Virus record (IMG/VR): IMGVR_UViG_3300025543_000021
Span: 1 to 58,813 of that record
DNA length: 58,813 nt
From: a virus
Lineage: Duplodnaviria > Caudoviricetes
Strand: one strand, 5' to 3'
Numbering within the stretch: the first letter of the stretch is position 1; the number at the start of each line of letters is the position of its first letter. Shown piece after piece: positions 1 to 9,614 of this stretch. The position numbers and the translations under genes are program-made. The notes under the pieces are model-generated. The model did not search any database, was not told the DNA's origin, and saw nothing but the letters and a program-made list of their open reading frames with translations.

Positions 1-1907
1 GTGATGCCTTAAATGATGCAGATTCTAACGTAGCTATAGGTAGTGGTGCTTTAAGTTCCGACACTCAAGGAAGTCAGTCTACAGCAATAGGTACTCTTGC
101 GTTAACTTCTCAAAATTTTACTTCAGCCACTGACTCTTATAATGTAGCGGTGGGAGCAGAAGCAGGTTTTGCAGTAACCACAGGCATCCAGAATACACTC
201 ATAGGTGGTCTTGCAGGTGATGTTCTTAATACCTCAAATTACAACACAATCGTGGGTTTTGGTGCTTTATCATCAGATACGAAGGGTGAGAGAAGCACAG
301 CGGTCGGACAGGAGGCGTTAGCTTCTCAAAACTTTACTTCACTGACTGTCACTGGTAATACGGCCCTTGGCTTTCAAGCGGGTAGATTAATCACCACAGG
401 CCAAAACAACACCTTAGTTGGGGCAGAAACAGGGGATCAGATTACTACAGGCGAAAGCAATACTGCTGTGGGTACAAGTGCTTTAGGCGCAAACACAACA
501 GCATCTAACAACACAGCCGTTGGTACAAATTCTTTATTAGTAAATACCACTGGTGCTAGTAATACTTCAATAGGTTCTGGTGCATTAGCAGCAAACACAA
601 CAGCATCTAACAACACCGCAGTTGGTTTGTTAGCTTTAAACGCAAACACCACAGGCACTCAAAACGTAGCTGTGGGTTCTTTAGCTTTAGATGCTAATAG
701 CACAGGAAATGAAAACACCGCTGTTGGGTATGCTGCATTAAGTACATCCACCACAGCCGGTGGAAACACAGCAATGGGTTGGGGTTCTATGATCAATAAT
801 ACGACTGGATACGCCAGCGTAGCTATCGGTTTGAGTTCTCTAGCCGCCCAAACTACAGCGGGTTATAATACCGCCGTTGGTTATTTAGCTTTAGCTGCTA
901 ACACCACCGCCTCTTTCAATACTGCGGTTGGCAGTATTGCACTAACTGCCAATACTACGGGCGCTGAAAATGTTGCTGTGGGTGTGAATACTTTAGACTC
1001 AAACACGGAGGGTTCAAATAACACGGGACTTGGTACGGCTGTTTTAGCCGCAAACACTACAGCGTCTAACAACACTGGCGTGGGTCATAATGCTTTAGTC
1101 GCAAACACCACAGGCACTGAAAACGTAGCAGTTGGCGCAAATGCTCTTGGGGCAGTCACAACGGGATACGAAAACATTGGCGTTGGTAGGGGCGCTGGTA
1201 GCGGTATTACCACAGCAAATCGCAATACATTTATTGGCGATGATGCGGGTTATTTAATCACGGGCGGAAGCAGTAACACCATTATTGGGCGCTTTAGTGG
1301 AAGTGGCGGCGGCCTAGACATCACCACCTCAAGCAACAACATCGTCTTGTCAGATGGTGATGGTAATCCTCGGCTTACCATAGTCACAACCGGTCAAATT
1401 GCATTTGGGACTAGTGATGGTTCAACTGATATTTCGGGCGGCACTATCGGTCTTGCATTGAATGATAATGACGGCAGACAGATGCTAGATAGCCGTTCAA
1501 ATTCAAGCATTAACACTTACCGTCAGAGATTTTATAACACCAATGGCCTTGTTGGTGCTATTAGAACAAGCGGTTCAACAACGTTCTATGATACATCATC
1601 AGACTATCGTCTAAAAGAAAATGTCGTACCAGTTGATGATGGGATTGAGATCGTAAAACAGCTTCAGCCTAAACGCTTCAACTATATTGCTGATCCTGAC
1701 ACCACAATGGAAGGCTTCATAGCGCATGAGTTGCAAGAGGTTGTCCCATTAGCGGCAAATGGTGAAAAAGATGCAGTAGATCAAAACGGTATAGTTCCGC
1801 AAACTGTAGACTTAGCCAAATTAATCCCTGTTCTTACAGCAGCTATCCAAGAACAACAAACCTTAATTGAATCACTAACAGACCGCATAGCGGCACTAGA
1901 GGCATAA
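1..1907 (+). CDS. Tail fibre/adhesin, 5'-truncated (allele A): ~14-aa NTTASNNTAVGxxAL beta-roll-like repeats plus C-terminal peptidase S74 intramolecular chaperone
   Basis: Frame is open from base 3, upstream of the called GTG at 150. Many NTAVG repeats. C-terminus has SDYRLKENV, GFIAHELQEVVP and a coiled coil, typical of the S74 chaperone. Confidence 0.88.
   Translation, partial: DALNDADSNVAIGSGALSSDTQGSQSTAIGTLALTSQNFTSATDSYNVAVGAEAGFAVTTGIQNTLIGGLAGDVLNTSNYNTIVGFGALSSDTKGERSTAVGQEALASQNFTSLTVTGNTALGFQAGRLITTGQNNTLVGAETGDQITTGESNTAVGTSALGANTTASNNTAVGTNSLLVNTTGASNTSIGSGALAANTTASNNTAVGLLALNANTTGTQNVAVGSLALDANSTGNENTAVGYAALSTSTTAGGNTAMGWGSMINNTTGYASVAIGLSSLAAQTTAGYNTAVGYLALAANTTASFNTAVGSIALTANTTGAENVAVGVNTLDSNTEGSNNTGLGTAVLAANTTASNNTGVGHNALVANTTGTENVAVGANALGAVTTGYENIGVGRGAGSGITTANRNTFIGDDAGYLITGGSSNTIIGRFSGSGGGLDITTSSNNIVLSDGDGNPRLTIVTTGQIAFGTSDGSTDISGGTIGLALNDNDGRQMLDSRSNSSINTYRQRFYNTNGLVGAIRTSGSTTFYDTSSDYRLKENVVPVDDGIEIVKQLQPKRFNYIADPDTTMEGFIAHELQEVVPLAANGEKDAVDQNGIVPQTVDLAKLIPVLTAAIQEQQTLIESLTDRIAALEA
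1571..1697 (+). repeat. 127-bp exact repeat of the contig end (58687-58813)
   Basis: CGGTTCAACAACG...ATTGCTGATCCT is identical at both sites. The preceding ~260 bp are similar but not identical. Confidence 0.95.
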
Positions 1908-1910
1908 ACA

Positions 1911-2153
1911 ATGACTAGAGAAACAGATCAAATCGCACAAGACTACTCAGCAATGGGTGACAGCGTAGACCTAATCACCGCAGTTATTGCAGGGGAGTCT
2001 ATGGCGGATGAGTCAGCAGAAGACCGTCAAGCCTGTGTAGACCGTAACACCCAACACCTAGAGCTTATGGTTGCTAAAGATGATTGGGGCAGTGAAGATA
2101 TGACCGCAGTTAATGCAGCTATTACAGCAGGAAATGGATATACAGCATCATGA
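1911..2153 (+). CDS. Small acidic tail-fibre-associated hypothetical protein
   Basis: 80 aa, GAGG RBS, directly follows the fibre gene and overlaps the next ORF (ATGA). Confidence 0.75.
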   Translation: MTRETDQIAQDYSAMGDSVDLITAVIAGESMADESAEDRQACVDRNTQHLELMVAKDDWGSEDMTAVNAAITAGNGYTAS

Positions 2154-2374
2154 GTGAAGAACAAACAGTAACAATCAACGAAGAAGAGCATAACTTGTCA
2201 GAACTTGCGGTAGAGACGCAAATGCACGTTGCTCGTGTAAACGAGTTGCGCCAAGAAATAGGTCGATTACAAATGCAGATTAGTGAGCGCGAAGTTTTAC
2301 TACAAGCCTATACCAAGGCTATTGTTGAATCGGTTCAGCCTGTCGAAGAAGTTGAAGGCGAGGTTGTAAACTAA
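2150..2374 (+). CDS. Small coiled-coil hypothetical protein
   Basis: 74 aa, coupled start/stop on both sides, heptad-like pattern. Confidence 0.7.
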   Translation: MSEEQTVTINEEEHNLSELAVETQMHVARVNELRQEIGRLQMQISEREVLLQAYTKAIVESVQPVEEVEGEVVN

Positions 2375-2535
2375 TGGAATTAATTGAAATCGTAACGACG
2401 CTGACTACGTTGTCGGTAATTGCCAGTGCCATTTGTGCTGCTACACCTACACCCAAAGACGATGCTTTCTTCGCCAAATGGATATATCCCGTAGTTGAGG
2501 CTCTGGCTTTAAACATCGGTAAGGCCAAGGAATAA
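2374..2535 (+). CDS. Small membrane protein (53 aa, TPTPKDD motif), not in the ORF track
   Basis: Translates as MELIEIVTTLTTLSVIASAICAATPTPKDDAFFAKWIYPVVEALALNIGKAKE. TAATG overlaps at both ends. Confidence 0.75.
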   Translation: MELIEIVTTLTTLSVIASAICAATPTPKDDAFFAKWIYPVVEALALNIGKAKE

Positions 2536-2738
2536 TGGCGGCGCAGCGACCTACGGTAAAAGATGCTCTAGCTGAGATTGGCGCACACGAAAGAGAATGC
2601 GCGGTAAGGTACGAGAATATTGAAAAGCGTTTGGAGTCTGGAGCTAAGAACTTCGACAAGTTAGAGAAGTTGATTTACGGGTTATACGTTATTGTTTTAG
2701 GGTCGGTATTGATACCGATATTGTTATCTATGGGGTAG
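2535..2738 (+). CDS. Small protein with coiled coil and C-terminal TM helix (lysis-region, holin/hemolysin-like)
   Basis: HERECAVRYENIEKRL followed by hydrophobic LIYGLYVIVLGSVLIPILL. Confidence 0.7.
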   Translation: MAAQRPTVKDALAEIGAHERECAVRYENIEKRLESGAKNFDKLEKLIYGLYVIVLGSVLIPILLSMG

Positions 2739-2741
2739 AAA

Positions 2742-3194
2742 ATGATTGCTGAAATCTCCGCGATAGTTGCTGGGGTCAATATGGCCTCAAATGCAATCAA
2801 ACAAGTAGCAGGAACAGCGGACGATTTAAGCACCATAGGAACCTTTCTCGGCAAGCTCGGCGGCGCAGAGGTAGAATTAGCCAGAGCGCAGAATACAGGC
2901 AAGTTATCTGAAGCTGATGCCATTAAAGCTGCGCTGGCTAGAAAGCAGATTGCAGATACCATGCAAGAGGTGAAAGACATATTCACCATAAGCGGTAACG
3001 GACATCTCTACCAACAATGTATGCAAGAGATGGCAAACGCTAGAAAAGCCAAACAAGATGAGTTGGCTAGGGCAATAGTTGCAAAACGAAAGTTTAGGGC
3101 ACAAATGACGCAGTACGCTCTGGTCTTTATGGTCGTTCTAGTGCTGGTTCCAGCCACTGTTGGCGGCTTATTAGCGTGGCTAACCAACCGATGA
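2742..3194 (+). CDS. Hypothetical membrane-anchored helical protein
   Basis: 150 aa, C-terminal TM segment, in operon. Confidence 0.7.
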   Translation: MIAEISAIVAGVNMASNAIKQVAGTADDLSTIGTFLGKLGGAEVELARAQNTGKLSEADAIKAALARKQIADTMQEVKDIFTISGNGHLYQQCMQEMANARKAKQDELARAIVAKRKFRAQMTQYALVFMVVLVLVPATVGGLLAWLTNR

Positions 3195-3400
3195 TTATGG
3201 CGTTTTTACTTATAGTCATAATCGACGGGGAACCTTTAAAGGAAGAGTTCTACTTTCGAGATGTGACCCGCTGCAATCAGTTTGCGTACTACGTTGAATC
3301 TGGTGCAGTTACGATAGACAAGCGAAGGCGTAATCAGAACAACATCAGTGCTTACTGTATCCCTAAAAAGATACGGTCTAACATGAAGACTTGGGATTAA
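3176..3400 (+). CDS. Hypothetical protein (true start probably 3191)
   Basis: Hydrophobic N-terminus, two Cys. ATGA overlap with the upstream stop at 3191-3194. Confidence 0.6.
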   Translation: MANQPMIMAFLLIVIIDGEPLKEEFYFRDVTRCNQFAYYVESGAVTIDKRRRNQNNISAYCIPKKIRSNMKTWD

Positions 3401-3403
3401 ACA

Positions 3404-4195
3404 ATGGCTAAACAAATATCATCAATAAGCCGCGTAGGTACTACAGAACCGTTTGAACTACAAGTAAAGCGCGGTCAAATTGGATGGCATTACGCAATCT
3501 TTAAGTTTGGCTTTAACCCAGATATTGATGACAGCTTAGAAACCGTATGGGCCGAAGGCGGACTGTATGGCTACATCGAAACTGCAACGGTGCTCAAGGT
3601 ATCTAGTTCTTCTGCAAACGATACGTCCGCAGGAACTGGTGCGCGTACCGTTACCTTGTCTGGGCTAGATGCGGATTACGCGGAAATAAGCGAAACGGTA
3701 ACACTGAACGGGCAAACCCCTGTCAACACAGCCAAAACGTACATCCGCATCAACCGTATGGTGGTTAATACCGCTGGATCTGGTGGGCAGAATGCAGGTG
3801 TTATCTACGCGGGCGATGGCACTGTGACATCTGGTGTTCCTGCCGACAAGTACGCAACGATTGCTATCGGTGACAACCAAACGCTTATGGCATTGTGGAC
3901 AGTCCCAGCAGACCATACAGCCTACTTATTTCAAAAAGATATTACTGCCGCTACAGCACAAAACAACAAATACGCCAACGTCTACTTGGTGGCGCGACCT
4001 TTTGGCGAAGTATTTCAAACTAAAGATAAGCACGTTATTGATAATGGCGTGATACATCAGACTTACAGTATTCCTCTGAAGTTTGAAGAAAAAACAGATA
4101 TAGAAGTTCGCTGTATCGGGGATTCTGCGGGTGCCGACATATCCGTGTCTGCTGGTCTTGATATCATCTACATCCGAAACGGTGATTCTTTATGA
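3404..4195 (+). CDS. Putative virion structural protein (beta-rich)
   Basis: 263 aa Gly/Thr-rich, with KFGFNPDID and DTSAGTGARTV motifs of a type seen in phage structural proteins. Confidence 0.6.
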   Translation: MAKQISSISRVGTTEPFELQVKRGQIGWHYAIFKFGFNPDIDDSLETVWAEGGLYGYIETATVLKVSSSSANDTSAGTGARTVTLSGLDADYAEISETVTLNGQTPVNTAKTYIRINRMVVNTAGSGGQNAGVIYAGDGTVTSGVPADKYATIAIGDNQTLMALWTVPADHTAYLFQKDITAATAQNNKYANVYLVARPFGEVFQTKDKHVIDNGVIHQTYSIPLKFEEKTDIEVRCIGDSAGADISVSAGLDIIYIRNGDSL

Positions 4196-4575
4196 GTATC
4201 GTCGCATCATTAGTAGGGCCGGTTACAGGGCTACTTGATAAGTTCATCGAGGACAAGGATCAGAAAAACGCATTGGCGCATGAGATTGCTACGATGTCAG
4301 AGCGACATGCCCAAGAGCTTATGAAGGGCCAGCTAGACGTAAACAAGGCCGAAGCTGCACATAAGTCGTTATTTGTTGCTGGCTGGAGGCCCAGTATCGG
4401 GTGGGTGTGTTCGCTGGGCTTACTTTACAACACGATTATTGCCAACATACTAGGCATCTGGGTAGACCTCCCCGAAATAGATACAACTTTGCTTGTTCCG
4501 GTTATGATGGGAATGTTAGGTTTGGGCGCAATGAGAAGTTACGAGAAGGTCAACTCCGTAGCTAGGGAGAAGTAA
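4192..4575 (+). CDS. Holin (GTA-type 3TM holin family)
   Basis: LFVAGWRPSIGWVC and GMLGLGAMRSYEK motifs, immediately upstream of the lysozyme. Confidence 0.85.
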   Translation: MSIVASLVGPVTGLLDKFIEDKDQKNALAHEIATMSERHAQELMKGQLDVNKAEAAHKSLFVAGWRPSIGWVCSLGLLYNTIIANILGIWVDLPEIDTTLLVPVMMGMLGLGAMRSYEKVNSVAREK

Positions 4576-4994
4576 TGAGTAATCTAGTTAAGATGCTTAA
4601 ACGCCACGAAGGTGTGCGGTCTAAAGTTTATATATGCTCGGCTGGGTATGAAACAATTGGTGTGGGCAGGAATATCGCAGAATCTGGGTTAGGTTTATCT
4701 GACGATGAGATTAACTACCTGTTAAACAACGACATCAAGCGGGTACGAGAAGAGCTTACCGATTCATACTTTTGGTTCCCTGCAATGAACGAAGCGCGTC
4801 AAGATGCCTTGGTAGATATCTCCTTTAACCTCGGACAGACTCGCTTGCGTGGCTTTGTTAAGGCGCTTGAGGCTATGTCCCGTGAGCAGTTTGACGTTGC
4901 CGCTGACGAATTCATGGACAGCAAGTGGGCTACACAAGTAGGCAACCGTGCCATAGAGGTAACTGAAATGATTCGCACAGGTGAATACAGATAA
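4575..4994 (+). CDS. Endolysin, GH24/T4-like lysozyme
   Basis: LKRHEG, TIGVGRN, FNLG and DSKWATQVGNRA motifs. Confidence 0.9.
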   Translation: MSNLVKMLKRHEGVRSKVYICSAGYETIGVGRNIAESGLGLSDDEINYLLNNDIKRVREELTDSYFWFPAMNEARQDALVDISFNLGQTRLRGFVKALEAMSREQFDVAADEFMDSKWATQVGNRAIEVTEMIRTGEYR

Positions 4995-6874
4995 TGCCCC
5001 TTCAAAAATACATATTTACTCCTGGAATCAATAAAGAAGGTACTGATTATTCTGCCGAAGGAGGGTGGTTTGATTCTAATCTTGTTCGTTTTAGGCAGGG
5101 GCTTCCTGAAAAAATAGGAGGTTGGGAAAAATATCTTCCGAACACCCTTTCAGGAATTGCTAGAAAACTTCATGGTTGGGTAGCTACTAACGGTACTCGT
5201 TTATTTGGGATAGGGACAACAAATAAACTATATTGGCAAGAAGGTGCTGCGTATAACGATATAACACCTATTCGTTCTACTACTGCTGCAGGAGATGTAA
5301 CTTTTGCTGCAACTAACGGTTCTTCTGTAATTACAATTACAGATACGGCTCACGGAGCGTCGTTAAATGATTTTGTTACTTTTTCAGGAGCCGCTTCATT
5401 AGGTGGGAATATTCTTGCGGCAGTTCTTAATCAAGAATATCAGATTACTTCAGTACCTAGTGTAAATACTTTTACTATTTCTGCTAAAGATACTTCCGGA
5501 AATACAGTTACCGCTAATTCTTCAGATACCGGTAATGGAGGAGGTTCTACAGTAGGAGTTTATCAAATAAGTGTGGGATTAGACGTTTATGTTGATGGTT
5601 CTGGCTGGAGTGTAGGGTTATGGGGAGGAGGTACTTGGGGTTCTACAAGCGCATTAGCTCCTAATAATCAGTTAAGAATATGGTCACTAGATAATTTTGG
5701 CGAAGATTTAATCGCTAATGTACGGGCAGGAGGGGTTTATTATTGGGATTTTTCCACTGCCAGTCAGCGAGCTAAAGCCCTTAAAGATATTGCGGGCGCA
5801 AATTTTGCTCCGACTGTTGGGTTACAAGTTTTAGTTTCAGATATTGATAGGCACGTTATTGTTTTAGGTGCTGATCCTATAGAGGGCGGTAGTAGATCTG
5901 AAGAACTAGATCCGATGTTAGTGGCTTTTTCAGACCAAGAGAACCCTTTGCAATGGGAACCTTTATCTACTAATACAGCAGGTTCGCTACGTTGTTCTGC
6001 TGGGTCTCAAATTATCGGCGGTCTTAGAGCTAGACAAGAAACACTGATTTGGACTGACGTTGCAATGTATAGTTTGCAATTTGTTGGGCCTCCGTTAACT
6101 TTTGGACTTAACCTTGTTAATGAAGGAGTTAGTTTAATTAGCCCTAATGCTGCGGTAAATACTCCTAACGGTGTTTTTTGGATGGATAAAAAAGGTGTTT
6201 ATACCTATACTGGAGCCGTTCAACCTGTTCCATGTACTGTTCATTCATATGTGTTTAATGATCTTAATGAATCCCAAGTCTTTCAAGTATTCGGATTTTT
6301 AAATAAGCAGTTTAATGAAGTTGGTTGGTTTTATTGTTCCGAAACAAGTGACTCAATAGATAAATATTTTTCTTATAATTATATAGAAAACTCTTGGTCT
6401 ATTGGTGAACTTGCTAGAACCGCGTGGCTTGATGAAGGTATTTCTGCAGTACCTAGAGCAGCAGGGACAGATAACGGTAGTAATTATATTTATAACCATG
6501 AAACAGGGTTCGATGATGATGGTTCTCCTATGGAAAACGTATATATTGAAAGTGCGGATTTTGATTTAGGGGACGGAGAAGCTTTCCAGTTTATTCGTAG
6601 ATGTATCCCAGATGTTAAATTTACGGGCGATTCAGGAAGTAGTCAAACTATAAATTTTGTTCTTAAAGCTCGTAACTATCCTGGAGATACATTAACTACT
6701 GATCAAACGACTCCGTTTACAACAACAACAACTAAAATTGATACTCGCGTAAGAGGTCGTCAAGCAGCAGTACGTTTTGAATCTGACGATAATGCAGAGA
6801 TGGGGGATCGTTTAGGAGTTGGATTTGTTATTGGATCAACTAGGTTGGATGTACAACCTAACGGTAGACGATAA
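4994..6874 (+). CDS. Tail nozzle / stabilisation protein (tail tubular B-like, beta-propeller)
   Basis: 626 aa, beta-rich, with FSDQEN, NTAGSLR and FWMD motifs. Lies before the ejection-type genes. Confidence 0.7.
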   Translation: MPLQKYIFTPGINKEGTDYSAEGGWFDSNLVRFRQGLPEKIGGWEKYLPNTLSGIARKLHGWVATNGTRLFGIGTTNKLYWQEGAAYNDITPIRSTTAAGDVTFAATNGSSVITITDTAHGASLNDFVTFSGAASLGGNILAAVLNQEYQITSVPSVNTFTISAKDTSGNTVTANSSDTGNGGGSTVGVYQISVGLDVYVDGSGWSVGLWGGGTWGSTSALAPNNQLRIWSLDNFGEDLIANVRAGGVYYWDFSTASQRAKALKDIAGANFAPTVGLQVLVSDIDRHVIVLGADPIEGGSRSEELDPMLVAFSDQENPLQWEPLSTNTAGSLRCSAGSQIIGGLRARQETLIWTDVAMYSLQFVGPPLTFGLNLVNEGVSLISPNAAVNTPNGVFWMDKKGVYTYTGAVQPVPCTVHSYVFNDLNESQVFQVFGFLNKQFNEVGWFYCSETSDSIDKYFSYNYIENSWSIGELARTAWLDEGISAVPRAAGTDNGSNYIYNHETGFDDDGSPMENVYIESADFDLGDGEAFQFIRRCIPDVKFTGDSGSSQTINFVLKARNYPGDTLTTDQTTPFTTTTTKIDTRVRGRQAAVRFESDDNAEMGDRLGVGFVIGSTRLDVQPNGRR

Positions 6875-7212
6875 TGGGAAAACTGCTGAAAGGCAGATTG
6901 CCTCTACTAAACCCGTATTTTTCACAGGTAGTAGATGCGCAAACTTTTAACAGATTTGTCAGGATATTGGAACTCAATTTAGATGCTTTTGACCCTAGTG
7001 CGACTCCTCAATTTCCAGTTTCACAAAGAGATACGTTAAAGTTTAGTACAGGCGATATTATTTGGAATACTACCGAAGAGGTTCTTCAAGTATATTTGGG
7101 AAATTCTTGGCAAAATATTTCTACGCCAAGTACTTCTGGGACAAGCGCAACTGGAAGTATTGGAACGGTTTCGGTAATTAATGACGGAAATATTACGGTA
7201 GTGATAAATTAA
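6874..7212 (+). CDS. Hypothetical tail-associated protein
   Basis: Coupled to the nozzle gene. GDIIWNTT motif and C-terminal ATGSIGTVSV. Confidence 0.65.
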   Translation: MGKLLKGRLPLLNPYFSQVVDAQTFNRFVRILELNLDAFDPSATPQFPVSQRDTLKFSTGDIIWNTTEEVLQVYLGNSWQNISTPSTSGTSATGSIGTVSVINDGNITVVIN

Positions 7213-8174
7213 TGAATAGTATTTATAGTGACGAGCAACGTCAATCTTTAATAGATTCAATGACTAACCCTCAATCTAACGCTGCTAAGTTTTTAGAACA
7301 GGGCGGTGAAACAGGGTTATCTCCTGATATTACTATGGATATCCTTAATAAATACGCGACATACGGTGCGAATACGGGTATCGGGAATATTGGTGGTAGT
7401 CGTTTAGTTAATGCATTAAACGAAGAATACCGTAAACACGTAGATGCTCCGTTACAACAAGAACCTAAAGAAGCCTTTCTCGGGGGTCTTGCAGAGGCTT
7501 TAAAAGCATTAGGAACTGGTGCTAAAGATTTTATAACAGGAGCTGGAGATACAAAAGACGTAGTAGATGCTTTAGAACTCGAAAATACTGCTGCTAATAC
7601 GGCTTATCCAGAACAAGGGTTCCCTCAAGCGGATTCATTAAATACCCCTGTACAGATATCAGAGGGGGATATAGATATCCCGATGTCAGAATTAGGTAAC
7701 GTCGACGCAGAAGGTTATGGAGATCCAAGCATTAGCCCTAGCGGTACTGTTATTGCAACTGAAATGCCGTCTCGTATGGAGCGGTTTAAAAAGTATCTCG
7801 AAGAGAATCCTATTGTTGCTAAACAATTACAAGCCTCTGGGACAGATATTGCGAAAATCCTTACACAAGCAGCGGTAGGGAAAGAAAAAAGAAAACCAAT
7901 TATTCGCGCTACTCGCGCACCTAGTTTCCAACCGTCAAGAATGAATACTCCACGTATAGGTATGGAGGACGGCGGTTCTGTATTAGGCCGTAAAATGTTT
8001 TTAAGCGGCGGTGAAGTCGACGGTCCTGGAGGCCCGAGAGAAGATATGGTTCCTATTTGGGCTAGTGATAAAGAATACGTTATGTCTTATAATGGCGTAA
8101 AACGAATGGGTGGTGGTGATTTCGATAAAGGAATCGCGGCCCTTGATAAAGTTAATAAAAACGGGGTTGCATAA
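7212..8174 (+). CDS. Putative internal virion protein
   Basis: 320 aa. C-terminal GGEVDGPGGPREDMVPIWASDKEYV resembles the GPGxGxSDxIPAxLSxGEFV motif of phage ejection/tape-measure proteins. Confidence 0.6.
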   Translation: MNSIYSDEQRQSLIDSMTNPQSNAAKFLEQGGETGLSPDITMDILNKYATYGANTGIGNIGGSRLVNALNEEYRKHVDAPLQQEPKEAFLGGLAEALKALGTGAKDFITGAGDTKDVVDALELENTAANTAYPEQGFPQADSLNTPVQISEGDIDIPMSELGNVDAEGYGDPSISPSGTVIATEMPSRMERFKKYLEENPIVAKQLQASGTDIAKILTQAAVGKEKRKPIIRATRAPSFQPSRMNTPRIGMEDGGSVLGRKMFLSGGEVDGPGGPREDMVPIWASDKEYVMSYNGVKRMGGGDFDKGIAALDKVNKNGVA

Positions 8175-8176
8175 CC

Positions 8177-9613
8177 ATGTCAGAAACAGCATATAGTTAT
8201 CAAGCTCCTGATAGGCGTGTCTATGATATGCTTACAGGAGGTCAAAATCGTTTTGGTTTATTACCTCAAGTTGAAGCGTATTATCAAAGCCAATTCGAAA
8301 ATATGGGAGCGGCAGATTCTAACCCGTTTACATATACTGGCGACCGGATAGCAGGATTTTCTCCTAGAGAAGAATATGCAATGCAACTCGCGGATCAAGG
8401 TATTGGTGCTTATCAACCATATATGGCAAGAGCTGCGGGTTTAACTGAAGAAAGTTTAGCTACGATGGCTGGTGGTTCTTCTGAAGCTGCTGCGGCTATG
8501 CGACGCGCTCAAGAACAAGGTGAAGATTATACTCGTTTAGGGATAAACCGTGGAACAGATTTCTTAGGTAGAGGTGTACAAGCCGCCTCAAGAGCTGAAG
8601 AACGCGGGTTAGCAGGACTTGATCAAGCTGGACAAACATTACAAGCTAGTAGAGGTGATTTTGATCCTTCTAGTATTAGCCGATATTCTGATCCGTATGA
8701 AGATCAAGTAGTCCAACAAGTTATGCGCGATATGGATAAAGCGCAACAACAAGGAGATATTGGTCGTAGAGCTTCTGAAATAGGTGCAGGAGCATTTGGT
8801 GGCTCTCGTTCTAGATTAAGTCAAGAAGAATCTGATACTGCTAATAGACGCGGTATGACTGAAGCATTAGCAGGGATTCGTAGTCAAGGATATACTTCTT
8901 CGCGAGACGCTGCGATGGCTGATTTCGGTAGAGCGCGTGGCGCAGATGCAATGGCAGCTCAACAACAAGCTGGGATGGCTGGACAAGGACAACAATTTGG
9001 TATGGGCACTGCTGGACAATTAAGCCAAGCGGGTCAAAATATATACGGTATGGGTTCTGGTGCAGGTCAAAATTTCTATAATATGGGAACAGGTACAGGC
9101 CAAGGTTTAGCTGGAATCGCGGGTGGTTTATCTGGTGCTCAATCCGGTGCTGCTGGAGCGTATCAAGGTTACGCAGGTGCTAACCAAGGGTTCCGTCAAG
9201 GCGATGTTGCTTCCGCTATGAATATAGGTGGAATGAACCGCGCTAGAAACCAAGCCCAATTAGATTTAAATTATCAAAATTTCGTAGGGCAATATAATAT
9301 GCCTAACCAATTAATGTCTGGTTATGCGAATTATCTTACAGGTGCAGGGCCGTTAGCTGGTGGTACGGGTTATTCTGGTACTGCAAATGTAGCTAATCCT
9401 TACGGTACCTCTGGTGCTGGTACTTATACCGGCAGTTATGGAATGAAAGACGGGGGCCGTCCTATCCCTCAAGGTAATAAAGGTTTAGCGTCTTTATCTA
9501 ACGTAGCTCCTGAAGCTGTTCGTAAAATGGGCTTTACTCCTGCTACAAAAATGATGGGCGGCGGTATGGTTAATCCTCGTTTCCCTATGGCGTCTCGTAA
9601 GTTAGGAGCATAA
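8177..9613 (+). CDS. Putative DNA ejection/pilot protein
   Basis: 478 aa, Gly/Ala/Gln-rich, with YSDPYEDQVV and AGAFGGSR motifs. Confidence 0.65.
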   Translation: MSETAYSYQAPDRRVYDMLTGGQNRFGLLPQVEAYYQSQFENMGAADSNPFTYTGDRIAGFSPREEYAMQLADQGIGAYQPYMARAAGLTEESLATMAGGSSEAAAAMRRAQEQGEDYTRLGINRGTDFLGRGVQAASRAEERGLAGLDQAGQTLQASRGDFDPSSISRYSDPYEDQVVQQVMRDMDKAQQQGDIGRRASEIGAGAFGGSRSRLSQEESDTANRRGMTEALAGIRSQGYTSSRDAAMADFGRARGADAMAAQQQAGMAGQGQQFGMGTAGQLSQAGQNIYGMGSGAGQNFYNMGTGTGQGLAGIAGGLSGAQSGAAGAYQGYAGANQGFRQGDVASAMNIGGMNRARNQAQLDLNYQNFVGQYNMPNQLMSGYANYLTGAGPLAGGTGYSGTANVANPYGTSGAGTYTGSYGMKDGGRPIPQGNKGLASLSNVAPEAVRKMGFTPATKMMGGGMVNPRFPMASRKLGA

Positions 9614-9614
9614 A

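Noticed and set aside
437-1075. Minus-strand ORFs within the tail fibre (also 57514-57828, 55558-56183)
   Set aside because: Antisense shadows of repetitive Thr/Ala/Gly/Asn codons, with no RBS or independent motifs.
1311-1570. Diversity-generating retroelement (TR/VR pair with 58427-58686)
   Set aside because: Differences include many synonymous C/T changes rather than being adenine-specific, both copies are in-frame coding, and no reverse transcriptase is present.
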